A stretch of DNA of 64,000 nt from Candidatus Pacearchaeota archaeon (GCA_026395815.1 JAPLXZ010000010.1:70659-134658), one strand, 5' to 3'; positions 1 through 10,524 are shown, counted from the stretch's first letter. Numbers and translations: made by a program. Notes: generated by a model not told the origin, from the letters alone.

Positions 1-1
1 A

Positions 2-232
2 AATCTTGGCAAGTATGTAGATATAAAAAAAAGTCCAAGAACTAAAACATTTATTAATGAAGCAAAAGGAATTTTTTATTTATTTTCTTATCCTGAAAAT
101 ATAAAAGAATTTTTTTGGTCTTTAGAATTAATATTCGCAAGACTTTATATTTGGATAATTGTTTTTTTCGAGGTATATTTAAGGAAGAAATATCATAAGG
201 ATAATTGGGAAAGGGTAGAAAGTGCTAGGTAA
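2..232 (+). CDS. 3' end of a CDS truncated by the window edge, probably a membrane-associated glycosyltransferase
   Basis: Open frame 2..232 ends ...FARLYIWIIVFFEVYLRKKYHKDNWERVESAR*; hydrophobic stretch plus W-x-R-V-E-S tail resembles GT2 C-termini; glycan-locus context. Confidence 0.45.
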   Translation, partial: NLGKYVDIKKSPRTKTFINEAKGIFYLFSYPENIKEFFWSLELIFARLYIWIIVFFEVYLRKKYHKDNWERVESAR

Positions 233-302
233 TTTATGCTTTAATTTAAGATATAGAGTATAAATTAATAATCCTTTTAAACCAAACAAATCTTTTTCGT
301 TT

Positions 303-1304
303 ATGGAAGGAAAAAAAGAAAGGGCGATTGTAACTGGCGGAGCTGGTTTTATTGGCGGCCATCTTGTTGAATTTCTTCTAAAAAATAATTTTGAAGTTAA
401 GGTAGTTGACAATATGGTAAATGGTCAGAGGGAAAATATAGAAAGATTCAAGGGCAATCCAAATTATCATTTTCATTTAAAAGATATAAGCCAGGATTTG
501 GAAGAAGAATTATTCTCTGATGCAGATTATGTTTTTCATATAGCAGGATTAGCAGATATTATCCCTTCAATAGAAAATCCTATTTCATATTATAATACGA
601 ATGTTACAGGAACAGTAAATGTATTGGAAGCTGCAAAAAAATCAAAAAACTTAAAGAAATTTGTTTATGCTGCTTCTTCCAGCTGTTATGGCATTCCTGA
701 TATATTTCCTACTCCAGAAACAGCAGAAATAAGGCCAGAATATCCTTATGCCTTGACAAAACGTTTAGGAGAAGAATGTGTTCTTCATTGGAATAAGGCA
801 TATCATCTTCCTGCTGTTTCTCTTAGATTATTCAATGTTTATGGGCCAAGAGCAAGAAGTAATAAAACCTACGGAGCAGTATTCAAGGTATTCCTAACTC
901 AAAAATTAAACGATGCTCCATTAACAATTGTAGGAGATGGAACACAAAAGAGGGATTTTGTTTTTATAGATGATGTTGTAAGAGCAATATACTATGCTGC
1001 AATTTCTGATTTATCAGGAGAATGCATAAACATAGGAAAAGGCCAGCCAAGAAGCATCAATGAACTTGCCTCAATGATATCAAATAAGCATGTTCACATA
1101 CCAAAAAGGCCAGGAGAACCGGATGCAACTTGGGCCGATATAAACAAAGCAAAAAAACTTTTAGATTGGCAGCCAAAAACTTCTTTAGAAGAAGGTGTCC
1201 AGATTATGCTAAATGACATAGAATACTGGAAAGATGCTCCTGTATGGACACCAGAAAGCATTCAAAAAGAAACTAAATCCTGGTTTGATCATTTAAATCA
1301 TTAA
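303..1304 (+). CDS. NAD-dependent epimerase/dehydratase (extended SDR, nucleotide-sugar)
   Basis: VTGGAGFIG Rossmann motif, YALTK (YxxxK), RLFNVYGP, RDFVFIDD. Confidence 0.92.
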   Translation: MEGKKERAIVTGGAGFIGGHLVEFLLKNNFEVKVVDNMVNGQRENIERFKGNPNYHFHLKDISQDLEEELFSDADYVFHIAGLADIIPSIENPISYYNTNVTGTVNVLEAAKKSKNLKKFVYAASSSCYGIPDIFPTPETAEIRPEYPYALTKRLGEECVLHWNKAYHLPAVSLRLFNVYGPRARSNKTYGAVFKVFLTQKLNDAPLTIVGDGTQKRDFVFIDDVVRAIYYAAISDLSGECINIGKGQPRSINELASMISNKHVHIPKRPGEPDATWADINKAKKLLDWQPKTSLEEGVQIMLNDIEYWKDAPVWTPESIQKETKSWFDHLNH

Positions 1305-1369
1305 AATGTCTATTTCTCTTTACATAAATACTTATAAATTAAATCTTTTTCCATCAACAATAGTTTAAA

Positions 1370-2449
1370 ATGGGGACGATAGATCGCTCTGAACATCTTG
1401 AAAATAGAAAAGAATATCTTTCTAAATTCAAAAAAAAATTTAGATTAGAACAATTATCTAATAATTTAGATTCTTTAAAGAATATCCAAGTGTTGTGTAT
1501 TGGAGATGCCGTTATCGATAGATATGTTTTTGTTAATCCTAAAGGAAGAGCCCTAAAAGACCCAATTCTTTCTACAAGATTTGAATCAGAAGAGAATTAT
1601 ACAGGGGGAGTTTTGGCTGTTGCAAATCATTTGAGTTCTTATGTAAATAGAATAGATCTTGTGACTCTTATTGGAGATAAGAATCCACAGACAGAATTTA
1701 TACGCCACTCATTATCAAAAAATGTTAAGCCAAAATTATTTGTAAAACCTAATTCCCCAACAACCCTCAAAATGAGATATTTAGATAGATACAGAGGAAA
1801 TAAATTATTTAAGGTAGAGGACATGAATGATGATCCTATTTCCCAAAGTCTTTCAAGCGAAATAATGGCCTATCTTTCTAAAGAACTGCCGAATTACGGT
1901 TTAGTTTTGCTTTTGGATTATGACCATGGATTTTTGAATGATGAAATAAGAAAATTAATACAAGAAAAATCTAAATCTCTTTCTCTCAACTGCCAGGTAA
2001 ATAGCGCTAACATGGGATATAGTTATGTTGACAGATATAAAAGAGCAGATTTTATTACTATGAATGATGCAGAGATAAGGCTTCCAATGAGAATGCAATT
2101 CGAAGACATTGAAAAAGTTATTGACAAATTTTATGAGAAATTAAAATATCCTAAATTCTTGGTAACCACAGGAAAAATCGGATGCACTTTCTTTGATGAT
2201 GGGAAAAAGTATTCCTCTCCAACTTTAACAGACAAAGTTGTAGATACAGTAGGAGCAGGCGATTCTGTCTTTGCAATTACAAGTTTATTTGTTTATTCTG
2301 GATTTAATGATGAAAGAGTGCCTTTTATTGCAAATTGTGTAGGAGGCATTGATGCAAACATTTTGGGAAATAAGGAATTTGTTGACAGGCAAAAATTACT
2401 CACTTTTATTAAAAATCTTTATGATGGAGTAGGAAATGGAATGGGATGA
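1370..2449 (+). CDS. PfkB/ribokinase-family sugar kinase, HldE/RfaE domain I-like (heptose-7-phosphate kinase-like)
   Basis: CIGDAVIDRY, GGVLAVANHL, LLDYDHGFL, VVDTVGAGD PfkB signature; next to gmhA-like gene. Confidence 0.8.
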   Translation: MGTIDRSEHLENRKEYLSKFKKKFRLEQLSNNLDSLKNIQVLCIGDAVIDRYVFVNPKGRALKDPILSTRFESEENYTGGVLAVANHLSSYVNRIDLVTLIGDKNPQTEFIRHSLSKNVKPKLFVKPNSPTTLKMRYLDRYRGNKLFKVEDMNDDPISQSLSSEIMAYLSKELPNYGLVLLLDYDHGFLNDEIRKLIQEKSKSLSLNCQVNSANMGYSYVDRYKRADFITMNDAEIRLPMRMQFEDIEKVIDKFYEKLKYPKFLVTTGKIGCTFFDDGKKYSSPTLTDKVVDTVGAGDSVFAITSLFVYSGFNDERVPFIANCVGGIDANILGNKEFVDRQKLLTFIKNLYDGVGNGMG

Positions 2450-2990
2450 TTATAAGAAAAGAATAAAAAATGCACTGGATATTTTTGTTTTTGATAAAGG
2501 TATTTTGGAAGTTTTAAAAAATTCTGCCAGGAAAAAACAAACTATTTTCGTAGCAGGCAATGGTGGAAGTGCAGCTACTGCGAATCATTACGCTTCTGAT
2601 TTTTCCAAAGGAGCAAATAAAAACTGGAAAAATAATCCATCCAGATTTCAAGCCATTCCTCTTTCTTCAAATATAGAGTATATGACTGCAATCGCGAATG
2701 ATTTGGCTTTCAAAGAAGTGTTTAAGCAACAGTTAGTCAATCTTGCTTCAAAAGATGACATTGCTATTTTTATATCTGCTTCAGGAAACAGTCCTAATAT
2801 TGTAACAGCAGCAGAATATGCAAAAAAACTCGAGATGATTGTTATCGGAATTACTGGATTTGAAGGAGGAAAATTAAAAGAAATAGCAGATTATTCTGCA
2901 CATATCAAATCTCCTTCTTATGAAGTTTCAGAGGACATTCATAGCATATTCGGCCATTTTTTAACTGCTTATTTAAGAGAAAACAGTTAA
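2436..2990 (+). CDS. gmhA: SIS-domain phosphoheptose isomerase (GmhA-like)
   Basis: AGNGGSAA, TAIAND, VFKQQ, ISASGNSPN, ITGFEGG, EDIH motifs. Confidence 0.82.
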   Translation: MEWDDYKKRIKNALDIFVFDKGILEVLKNSARKKQTIFVAGNGGSAATANHYASDFSKGANKNWKNNPSRFQAIPLSSNIEYMTAIANDLAFKEVFKQQLVNLASKDDIAIFISASGNSPNIVTAAEYAKKLEMIVIGITGFEGGKLKEIADYSAHIKSPSYEVSEDIHSIFGHFLTAYLRENS

Positions 2991-3008
2991 ATTAGGATTA
3001 GTAATTTT

Positions 3009-4097
3009 CTATCCGATAGCAAGATACATTTTTATTGTCCTTACAGATTGTTCATATCTCTCATTTTCTTTGGAATCTATATACAATGCTTTTAAATTTG
3101 ATGCTAATCCTGCATCTTCATCTCTGTCTCCAAAAACTATTATCTTGCTGAAATCAGAAATATTTTCTCCAAATTTTTTTAAGCCATCCAATACCATTGC
3201 GTCTCCTGGCTTTCTTTTGGTTGTATCTTTTATGAAATCAGGATTGAATTGAATCTTTTCTTTTTTATAATCTGCAAATTTTTTATCAACATCAGGGCAA
3301 TATTGCCAATCATCTATCTTAATTCCTTTTTGCAGCAGAAGCCCATTTATGTAACTATTTATCTCTTCAACTCTGTTACAGCTAAAATAATTTCTAGCAA
3401 CTCCTGCTTGATTGCTTACAACTATCTTTCTTGTTTTGTATTTTGTTTGAAGAAAAGAAATAAGATTGATAAAATTATCTTTTAGTTTAACTTTGCTTTT
3501 CCAATTCTCTTCTTTTCCAAGCCAATTCTCTTCTTCTATAAGTGTCCCATCTCTGTCAATGCAAAGAAGAATCTTTTCTATATCTACTTTATTTTTTATA
3601 TAGTCTATAATTTCTGTTGTTCCTAATTTTGGATCATGAGTATACATCATCTTTCCTCCTAAATCTTCAATTGTTTGGCGCTCTGCATTTATTCCAGGAG
3701 TATTTTTGTTTATGAAATCAGGCCCTTTGATATAAAAAGAAGGTTTAAGCTGTTTAATTGTTTCAATGCCGGACTTATAATTTGAGATGATTACATAGTC
3801 CACATTTTTTAGATTGGCTACCATATATGCTCTTAATACATCTGAAAAAATTGGTCTTCCAGAACCTTTTCTTGAACTTACAAACTGGTCAGATGTAATG
3901 GAAACAAACAAAAAATCGCATAATCCTTTAGCAGATTCAAAATGTTTTATTTGACCAGGATGAAGCAAATCAAAACCGCCATGGCATAAACCAACTTTCT
4001 TTCCGTCTTCTTTTAATTTTGAAATCAAAGCAGAAGCTTGTTCTAAACTAACAATATTCTTAGCAGTATAAACTTCAATGTTGTTTACTGGAAGCAT
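3009..4097 (-). CDS. Fusion: cytidylyl/adenylyltransferase (RfaE domain II-like) + HAD phosphatase (GmhB-like)
   Basis: N-terminal HGGFDLLHPGQ (HxGH variant), KGSGRPI, YIKGPDF; C-terminal IDRDGTL, VSNQAGVAR, YCP, RKP, FGDRDED. Confidence 0.8.
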   Translation of the reverse strand: MLPVNNIEVYTAKNIVSLEQASALISKLKEDGKKVGLCHGGFDLLHPGQIKHFESAKGLCDFLFVSITSDQFVSSRKGSGRPIFSDVLRAYMVANLKNVDYVIISNYKSGIETIKQLKPSFYIKGPDFINKNTPGINAERQTIEDLGGKMMYTHDPKLGTTEIIDYIKNKVDIEKILLCIDRDGTLIEEENWLGKEENWKSKVKLKDNFINLISFLQTKYKTRKIVVSNQAGVARNYFSCNRVEEINSYINGLLLQKGIKIDDWQYCPDVDKKFADYKKEKIQFNPDFIKDTTKRKPGDAMVLDGLKKFGENISDFSKIIVFGDRDEDAGLASNLKALYIDSKENERYEQSVRTIKMYLAIG

Positions 4098-4182
4098 GAA
4101 TAATTCTCGCGTTGTTTATTTTATAAATATTATGGAGGTTTACTAACAAAACTAATAAAAACCCCTTATTCTAAGATTATTC

Positions 4183-5859
4183 GTGGAAGAGGATATTGAA
4201 AAGAGAAAGTCAAATATAGCGAATAATCTCAAGAAGAAACTTTTTTCTTGGGTTAAAGATAATTATGATATTGTATTTATCTTAGTCTTGATAGCCGCGT
4301 TTATAATACGATTTTGGATTTTTACAAAGACTATAAATCAACCATTATGGTGGGATGAAGCAACTTACCTTGCTACTGCAAAAAGATGGGGACTTGGATT
4401 GAATATCACTGATGTTTGGTATTACAGAAGAGCATTTTTTTGGCCAGCTTTTTGTGCCCTATTTTTTAAATCAGGATTAGGAGAAACCGGAATAAGGCTT
4501 TCTGAAGTAGTTTTTTCAACAGGGATCATAGCAGTGTCTTATTTTTTAATAAGAGACATGTTTGATAAAAAATCAGCTTTGTTAGCGAGTTTAGGATTAA
4601 CCTTCTCCTGGGTTTTCTTATTTTTTACTGGTAGACCTATGACTGAAATACCATCCGCTTTCTTTCTTTTACTAGCTCTGTTTTTCTTTTGGAAAGGATA
4701 TGTCTTAGATAAAGGAAAAAAATTCTTTTGTTTTTTTGCAATATCATATGCAATAGCTGTCTTAATTCGTTTTCAGCACATGATGTTTGCCATTCCAATT
4801 ATTTTATTTATTTTTGCTAGGGAAAGAATGAAAATGTTCAAAAATAAGAAACTTTGGATAAGTGTTGGCATTTTTCTTCTTTGCCTGATTCCTTTCTTTA
4901 TATTATATTCAATGCATTATGGATTCTTTTTAACAGATATCCTTAAGCATTACTTTGGAATGGGAGATCTCAATGGAGCAGTTTCTGTAGCAGCAGACAA
5001 GGGTTTTCTTGATTCCTTCAGTTTTTTCTTAGATTCTCCCTATCTATTGACAGGAAAATCTCCCGGAGTAACAGGCATAGACAAAATCTTGATTGTTCTT
5101 TCTTTAATTATCGGTTCCCTTTACTTTTTCATGAACTTGTTTCTTGGAATTGACAAGGTTTTCAAAGATGAAAAAATCCAAAAAATATTTTTTGTTTTTG
5201 TATGGATAGTTATTCCTCTTATCATCTTAAGTCGTATAAGCGGACTTGTAGAACAAAGATATGTAATGCCTATTCTCCCATTTTTATTCTTAATGATCTC
5301 TACCTTTTTTATAAAAATAGAAGAGATGGCAAATAAATTCCTAAAGTTAAAGAAAAATCTTGCGTTTATTTTGCTTTTTTTGCTTCTAATAGTGCTTCTT
5401 ATTCCTAATCTTACATGGGGAAGAGATCTTATAGACAACAAACTAACATCCTATTCAGAGATACAAAAAGCAGGTTTATGGATAAAAGAAAATTCAAACC
5501 CAGGGGATATCATTATCACTTCTTCATATCCTCAAATTTCTTATTATTCAGAGAGGTCAATAACGACATTTACATCAAAAGGAAATCCAGAAGAAAAAAT
5601 TGAGATGACCCAAGAGGAATTCAAGCAATTTGTAGAATCAGAAAAGCCAAGATATATCATACTTTATGCTTATCAACCACATCCAGATTGGGTTCCTTCT
5701 TATCTCCAAAACGAAAGTGGCAAATGGATTCCAGTTAAGGTTTATCCATCACAAGAACAACCTGTATTGATTATATATGAATTGAAAGATTTTATACCTG
5801 AATTAAATAATAGTCCTTCAATCTCACAGAATCAAACCTCTCAGAATAAAACTAATTAA
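4183..5859 (+). CDS. Multi-pass GT-C fold glycosyltransferase (GT39/ArnT/PMT-like)
   Basis: LWWDEATY acidic loop, many TM helices, C-terminal WIKENSNPGDIII soluble domain; GTG start. Confidence 0.8.
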   Translation: MEEDIEKRKSNIANNLKKKLFSWVKDNYDIVFILVLIAAFIIRFWIFTKTINQPLWWDEATYLATAKRWGLGLNITDVWYYRRAFFWPAFCALFFKSGLGETGIRLSEVVFSTGIIAVSYFLIRDMFDKKSALLASLGLTFSWVFLFFTGRPMTEIPSAFFLLLALFFFWKGYVLDKGKKFFCFFAISYAIAVLIRFQHMMFAIPIILFIFARERMKMFKNKKLWISVGIFLLCLIPFFILYSMHYGFFLTDILKHYFGMGDLNGAVSVAADKGFLDSFSFFLDSPYLLTGKSPGVTGIDKILIVLSLIIGSLYFFMNLFLGIDKVFKDEKIQKIFFVFVWIVIPLIILSRISGLVEQRYVMPILPFLFLMISTFFIKIEEMANKFLKLKKNLAFILLFLLLIVLLIPNLTWGRDLIDNKLTSYSEIQKAGLWIKENSNPGDIIITSSYPQISYYSERSITTFTSKGNPEEKIEMTQEEFKQFVESEKPRYIILYAYQPHPDWVPSYLQNESGKWIPVKVYPSQEQPVLIIYELKDFIPELNNSPSISQNQTSQNKTN

Positions 5860-6383
5860 TAATAAGCATTCTTATATTTTAAGAAATAGCTTATTGTAAG
5901 AAAATTTAATTTTTTTACTGGAATAAAATTTTTATCAAGAATATCTTTTATTTTTTTATAAGCAGTTATATGATCAACTGCTCTTTCCCTCTTCCCAAGT
6001 AGCTTCCTTCCTTTTCTTGAAATCCAATTTTCAGTTGGAACACATACAATCAATTCAAAATTTCCCATTCTCTTGAAATTTTTAATAATATCTAATAATT
6101 CATCTTGAGGAATATGTTCGAACACATCAATAGCAAAAATTTTATTTGGCAACATTTTTCTATAATCTCTTATCTCAGTTTGTTTGGGATTTATATCATA
6201 TCCAGCAATATGATGCTTTGGAATTATTCTTTTAAGCCACTTGTCTCCACAGCCAAAATCTAAGATGATATCACTTTCTTTTAAATTTGCAAAGCGAATT
6301 ATTTGATTAAACTTCAACCTAAAAAAATATTTAACTATCAGATTTGTGGACATAGTCGTGTCTTTATTGCTGCTTTCTTTCAT
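5856..6383 (-). CDS. Class I SAM-dependent methyltransferase
   Basis: ILDFGCG motif I, AGYDIN, DVFEHI; start placed at the ATGA overlap with the upstream gene. Confidence 0.78.
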   Translation of the reverse strand: MKESSNKDTTMSTNLIVKYFFRLKFNQIIRFANLKESDIILDFGCGDKWLKRIIPKHHIAGYDINPKQTEIRDYRKMLPNKIFAIDVFEHIPQDELLDIIKNFKRMGNFELIVCVPTENWISRKGRKLLGKRERAVDHITAYKKIKDILDKNFIPVKKLNFLTISYFLKYKNAYY

Positions 6384-7594
6384 ATTCTTGCCTTCCCATC
6401 CCAAATTTTTGGAATTTTAATCTTCATTGCCTTAAGGATTGTCGGAGCGATGTCATATAATTTCATATAGTTAAGTTTTTTGTTATTTATATCGAATCCA
6501 TTCATAATAAAAACTCCAGATAGCTCCAGAGATTTCTTGGTATATCCATGCATAGACTTTACTATTGCAGTATCTCTAAAAAAATCAGGATAAATTTGTT
6601 CTCCTGGTTTTACACAGGCAAGCAGATCTCCAACAAATTCTCTTTTGTAGGGTATGAATAATTTTTTTTCTATATTCTTTTCATCATAAATTAAGTATCC
6701 TTCTTTTTTGAGTTCTTTTTTTAGCTTTAGTTTTGTAGAATTGTCAGGATTATTAAGCCAGATTTGAACGCTTGTTGAACCTAAGAAGTATTCACAATCA
6801 TACTCTTTTAAGATAGGCAAAATGTTTTTTGTTTTCTTGACCTTTACACCTCCATGATCAGAAAAAACAATCAAATTCAAACCAGCATTTTTTTCAGCAA
6901 TTTCTCTTATTTTATCGTCTATAATTTTTATGTAATCCAATGATTTTTTGCTGTGCAACCCATATTTATGTTCTATAGAATCCAGTTTCCAAACATGCAA
7001 ATAAACAGTATCATATTTTTTTAATAATCTTTCTGCTTTATCTAACTCTTTTAAATCTCCTTTTTTAAAATAAAACCAAGTTTTTTTATTGTCGGATATT
7101 ACAGGAAATTCCATTCCAACATAAGAAATACCATTTTTTCTAAGAACATCAAATAATGTTGGAACAGGAAGCGGATTATGTTCAAAATGCATCTTATCCA
7201 CACTAACTTCAAAGTTTTTTAGGATGTCTAAAGGAATCTTGTTTGATTTTAAAAAGCGGGTTTTTCCTTGCATCAACCGGATAAGATTAATATACCTATC
7301 AACAATAAATCGGTTTATCTCTTCTGCATTTAAAGCTTCAAACATTCTTAAAAGAGGTTTTATATATTTAATTTTTGAAAAGGTTCCTTTTGGATTTAGA
7401 TAATACCATGCCCATACATTATGTTTCAAAGGCAAGCAGCCAGAAAGCATACTATATTCAATATGATATCCTGCAGGAATTGTTGTAAGTTCTCCATAAA
7501 CCCCCCTTTTAGCTAGTCCATATATAAATGGGCAATTCTTTTCCTTTAAATCACTAAAACTAAATGCATCTATAAACAAAATCAAAGTTTTCAT
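6380..7594 (-). CDS. Alkaline-phosphatase superfamily protein (nucleotide pyrophosphatase/phosphodiesterase-like)
   Basis: LFIDAF, LDSIEHKYG, VFSDHG, SMHGY, YDIAPTIL metal-binding motifs. Confidence 0.82.
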   Translation of the reverse strand: MKTLILFIDAFSFSDLKEKNCPFIYGLAKRGVYGELTTIPAGYHIEYSMLSGCLPLKHNVWAWYYLNPKGTFSKIKYIKPLLRMFEALNAEEINRFIVDRYINLIRLMQGKTRFLKSNKIPLDILKNFEVSVDKMHFEHNPLPVPTLFDVLRKNGISYVGMEFPVISDNKKTWFYFKKGDLKELDKAERLLKKYDTVYLHVWKLDSIEHKYGLHSKKSLDYIKIIDDKIREIAEKNAGLNLIVFSDHGGVKVKKTKNILPILKEYDCEYFLGSTSVQIWLNNPDNSTKLKLKKELKKEGYLIYDEKNIEKKLFIPYKREFVGDLLACVKPGEQIYPDFFRDTAIVKSMHGYTKKSLELSGVFIMNGFDINNKKLNYMKLYDIAPTILKAMKIKIPKIWDGKARI

Positions 7595-7599
7595 AATCC

Positions 7600-8595
7600 T
7601 TATAATAACCTCCTAGCCTTGTACCATTCGACTGTTTCTTTTATGCCCTCTTCCAAAGGAATTAATCTTTTATATTTCAATTTCTTTTTTGCTTTGCTTA
7701 TATCTATAACATTATCCTTGCTCATCCATTCTGCAGTTCCAGAGTTAAATGGCGCTTTTTTCTTAAAAATTAAAAAAACTTTTTCTATGATTAATCCACT
7801 AGCCTTAACACTCCATACAGGAATAGAAATGGGAAATAATTTTTTGTTTTCAGCTTCTGCAATTTTCCCAAAAACTTCTTTTATTGTATAAGTTTCACCG
7901 TCGCTGATATTGTAACTTTCAAGATTTTTTCCGTATTTATCTGCAAGCAAAATTCCGTTTACAAGATTTTTTACATAACAGAATTCCAATTTTGCCTGGC
8001 CTTTTTTTAACAAAGGAAAAAAACCAGTATCTATCAATTTGAATAATCTAAGAAACTGAGAATCTCTTGGTCCAAAAACCATTGGAGGTCTTACAACAAT
8101 CAATTTAATTTTATTTTTTTTGCAGAAATCTATTGCCAATTCTTCTCCTTGTTTTTTGCTTTCTCCATAATAACTTACAGGAAGTTTAGAAGAATTTTCT
8201 GTTAAAGAATTTCTATCTCTAGAAAATCCGAAAACAGACATGCTGGATACATGAATTATCTTTTTTATTTTCTGTTTTTTGCATGCCTCCAAAAGATTTC
8301 TTGTCCCATATAAATTGACATCAAAATATTTTTGTTTAGGTATGTTCATAGGCCTTGAAATTGCAGCAAGATGAAAAACTTTGTTTGTTCCTTTTAATGC
8401 TTTTATCAGAGAGGTTTTGTCCAACAAATCTCCTTCTACAATTTCTATTTTGTTTCTAATTTCTTTTGAGAAATCGTGGATATATCCAATTTCATTTAAA
8501 TTTCTGACTAAAACTCTAACCTTTTCTTTTCTTTTTGTAAGTTCTTCAGCTAAATGACTTCCGATAAAACCGCTGGCCCCTGTTATTAATATCAT
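7600..8595 (-). CDS. NAD-dependent epimerase/dehydratase
   Basis: ITGASGFIG, YGESK (YxxxK), RPPMVFGP. Confidence 0.9.
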   Translation of the reverse strand: MILITGASGFIGSHLAEELTKRKEKVRVLVRNLNEIGYIHDFSKEIRNKIEIVEGDLLDKTSLIKALKGTNKVFHLAAISRPMNIPKQKYFDVNLYGTRNLLEACKKQKIKKIIHVSSMSVFGFSRDRNSLTENSSKLPVSYYGESKKQGEELAIDFCKKNKIKLIVVRPPMVFGPRDSQFLRLFKLIDTGFFPLLKKGQAKLEFCYVKNLVNGILLADKYGKNLESYNISDGETYTIKEVFGKIAEAENKKLFPISIPVWSVKASGLIIEKVFLIFKKKAPFNSGTAEWMSKDNVIDISKAKKKLKYKRLIPLEEGIKETVEWYKARRLL

Positions 8596-8596
8596 T

Positions 8597-9733
8597 TTAT
8601 ACCAACTTTTGTAGATAATATATTGAATATAATTTAAGTATCCTTTCTCTTAAAGGCTCTGTTTTTTTTGTTAATTTTCTCAAATATTTTTTCGCTTCTT
8701 CTTTTTCATTAAAAGAATACAAAAGTAAAGAAATTGCTATAATCAGTCCAGAATCTCTCCATCTTAATAAGCTTCTAAGCAAAGTTTCCTTTTTTTTGAG
8801 ACCAGCAATAAAAAATCTTATATTCAGATAATATTGGCCAAAAAAAAGATACTCACTATTTAAGTAATCATTAAAATATCGATAAGGGAGTCTTTTATAA
8901 ACAATTCTGCAGATTTCCTTCCAATTTTCAGATTTTATTTTCAAATGTTCTCTAATTATTTTTTTAAGAGTCCATTCAACCCATTTTTTTGATTCTTCAA
9001 ATAACTTATCTGTTTCTTTTGTCTCATATCCATGATATAGCTTTGCTTTTGTAGCCAGGCTAACAAGTCTTTTTAATTCTTCAGGAACATTCAATGATTT
9101 GAATATTTTTTCTCTATCTTGATATCTTGAAACATATTTCCCTTCAAAAATCAATAATGCTGAACACAAGTCAGTAAGTCCTTTAACAGCATAAATTGAC
9201 TTTATCTCCTTTGAGTTTCCTTCTGCAATAGAAAAATGATCTATCTTATTGAATAGCAATCTTATTGCATCGGATTTTGAAATCTTAATTTCTGGAATTT
9301 TATCTAAAATTTTCTCGTTGCTATAAATTACTAAACTTGTCTTTAAATCAAATGTTCTTTGAGTCGGATAAAGTTTCTTTAGTTTTCTAAGTTCTATAAA
9401 ATGCAAATCAACATGAAAAAATTGATTAATATCATAGTTTCCATTAAACTTTTCAACTATTTCTAAACCCCCCCGATTAATAGCCCCCGCACATCTTTCT
9501 TCCAATTCTTTGATAGTGTTCTCCCCTGTTTTCCTTTTGGTTATAACGTATAAATCATAATCATTTAAAGGAACGATTTTTCCTCTAATTTTCTTAAAAC
9601 TACCTCCACCATGCCCAAATCCTCCAAAGAGAATTATTGCTTCAGGTTTAATTTCATTAAGAATAACTTTCTTTATAATTTCAATATCTTTTTCAATCTT
9701 TTTATCTGCTTCTTTGGAAACAGTATATTTCAT
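8597..9733 (-). CDS. Pol-beta-superfamily nucleotidyltransferase-like protein with helical C-terminal domain
   Basis: IILFGGFGHGGGS...NDYDLYVI resembles the hG[GS]...DxD motif; further HVDL strand. Confidence 0.55.
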   Translation of the reverse strand: MKYTVSKEADKKIEKDIEIIKKVILNEIKPEAIILFGGFGHGGGSFKKIRGKIVPLNDYDLYVITKRKTGENTIKELEERCAGAINRGGLEIVEKFNGNYDINQFFHVDLHFIELRKLKKLYPTQRTFDLKTSLVIYSNEKILDKIPEIKISKSDAIRLLFNKIDHFSIAEGNSKEIKSIYAVKGLTDLCSALLIFEGKYVSRYQDREKIFKSLNVPEELKRLVSLATKAKLYHGYETKETDKLFEESKKWVEWTLKKIIREHLKIKSENWKEICRIVYKRLPYRYFNDYLNSEYLFFGQYYLNIRFFIAGLKKKETLLRSLLRWRDSGLIIAISLLLYSFNEKEEAKKYLRKLTKKTEPLRERILKLYSIYYLQKLV

Positions 9734-9818
9734 ATTAATTCCTAACTATACCCTATTAAAAAGATTTCTGTTGATTTATCATAATTATCTTTATAAATAG
9801 TTCTTTGCAGATACTTTC

Positions 9819-10517
9819 ATGAACGGGTTATCTCTAATAATTCCCGCCCATAACTCTGGGAGAGTTATAGAAAATTCTTTATACAGATATTATGAGGCTT
9901 TCTCAAAGAAATTCAAATATTTTGAGATGATTGTTATTTGCAATGATTGTATTGACAATACTGTGAGTATATGTAAAAATCTTGAAAAAAAATTGCCGAT
10001 AAGAACAATTGAGATTCCTCAAAGAGGAAAAGGCTACGCTTTAATTCATGGATTTAATGAAGCAAGATTTGACATCATGGGATTTTTGGATGCTGATAAT
10101 CCATTTGATTTAAAAAAAATATCTGTTATGATAGATAGATTAGACAGAGTTCATATAGCAATTGTTTCAAAATATCTAAAAGGAAATAAAAAAAGACAAG
10201 AATCTATTTCGAGAAGATTAGTTTCTTTGGCAAGCAGCGTTGTTTCAAAGTTTTTTTTTAATCTCCCCTTTGCAGACACGCAAGCAGGAGCAAAATTTTT
10301 CAGAAAAGAAGTTTGGGATAAAATAAATAAGAATCAGAAAGAATTTATTTGCAAGGGTTTTGATTGGGATATAGAATTTTTATACAGAGTAAGAAAGAAC
10401 AGGTTTAGAGTATTAGAAATGTACATTTCTGTCGCATATGGCAAATTCAGCACTTTTAGATTGAAATATCTTCCAGGAATTTTAAAGAGACTTTTAAAAT
10501 TAAGGTTTTTAAGATGA
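9819..10517 (+). CDS. GT2 glycosyltransferase (dolichol-phosphate glycosyltransferase-like)
   Basis: SLIIPAHN, RGKGYAL, FLDAD, DTQAGAKFF, FDWDIE. Confidence 0.88.
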   Translation: MNGLSLIIPAHNSGRVIENSLYRYYEAFSKKFKYFEMIVICNDCIDNTVSICKNLEKKLPIRTIEIPQRGKGYALIHGFNEARFDIMGFLDADNPFDLKKISVMIDRLDRVHIAIVSKYLKGNKKRQESISRRLVSLASSVVSKFFFNLPFADTQAGAKFFRKEVWDKINKNQKEFICKGFDWDIEFLYRVRKNRFRVLEMYISVAYGKFSTFRLKYLPGILKRLLKLRFLR

Positions 10518-10524
10518 AAATAAA

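Noticed and set aside
1306..1368. 20-codon ORF bridging the epimerase and kinase genes with TAAaATG at both ends
   Set aside because: No sequence or hairpin similarity to the cassette family, no SD, and it contains a TTATAAA box, so it is more likely a promoter spacer.
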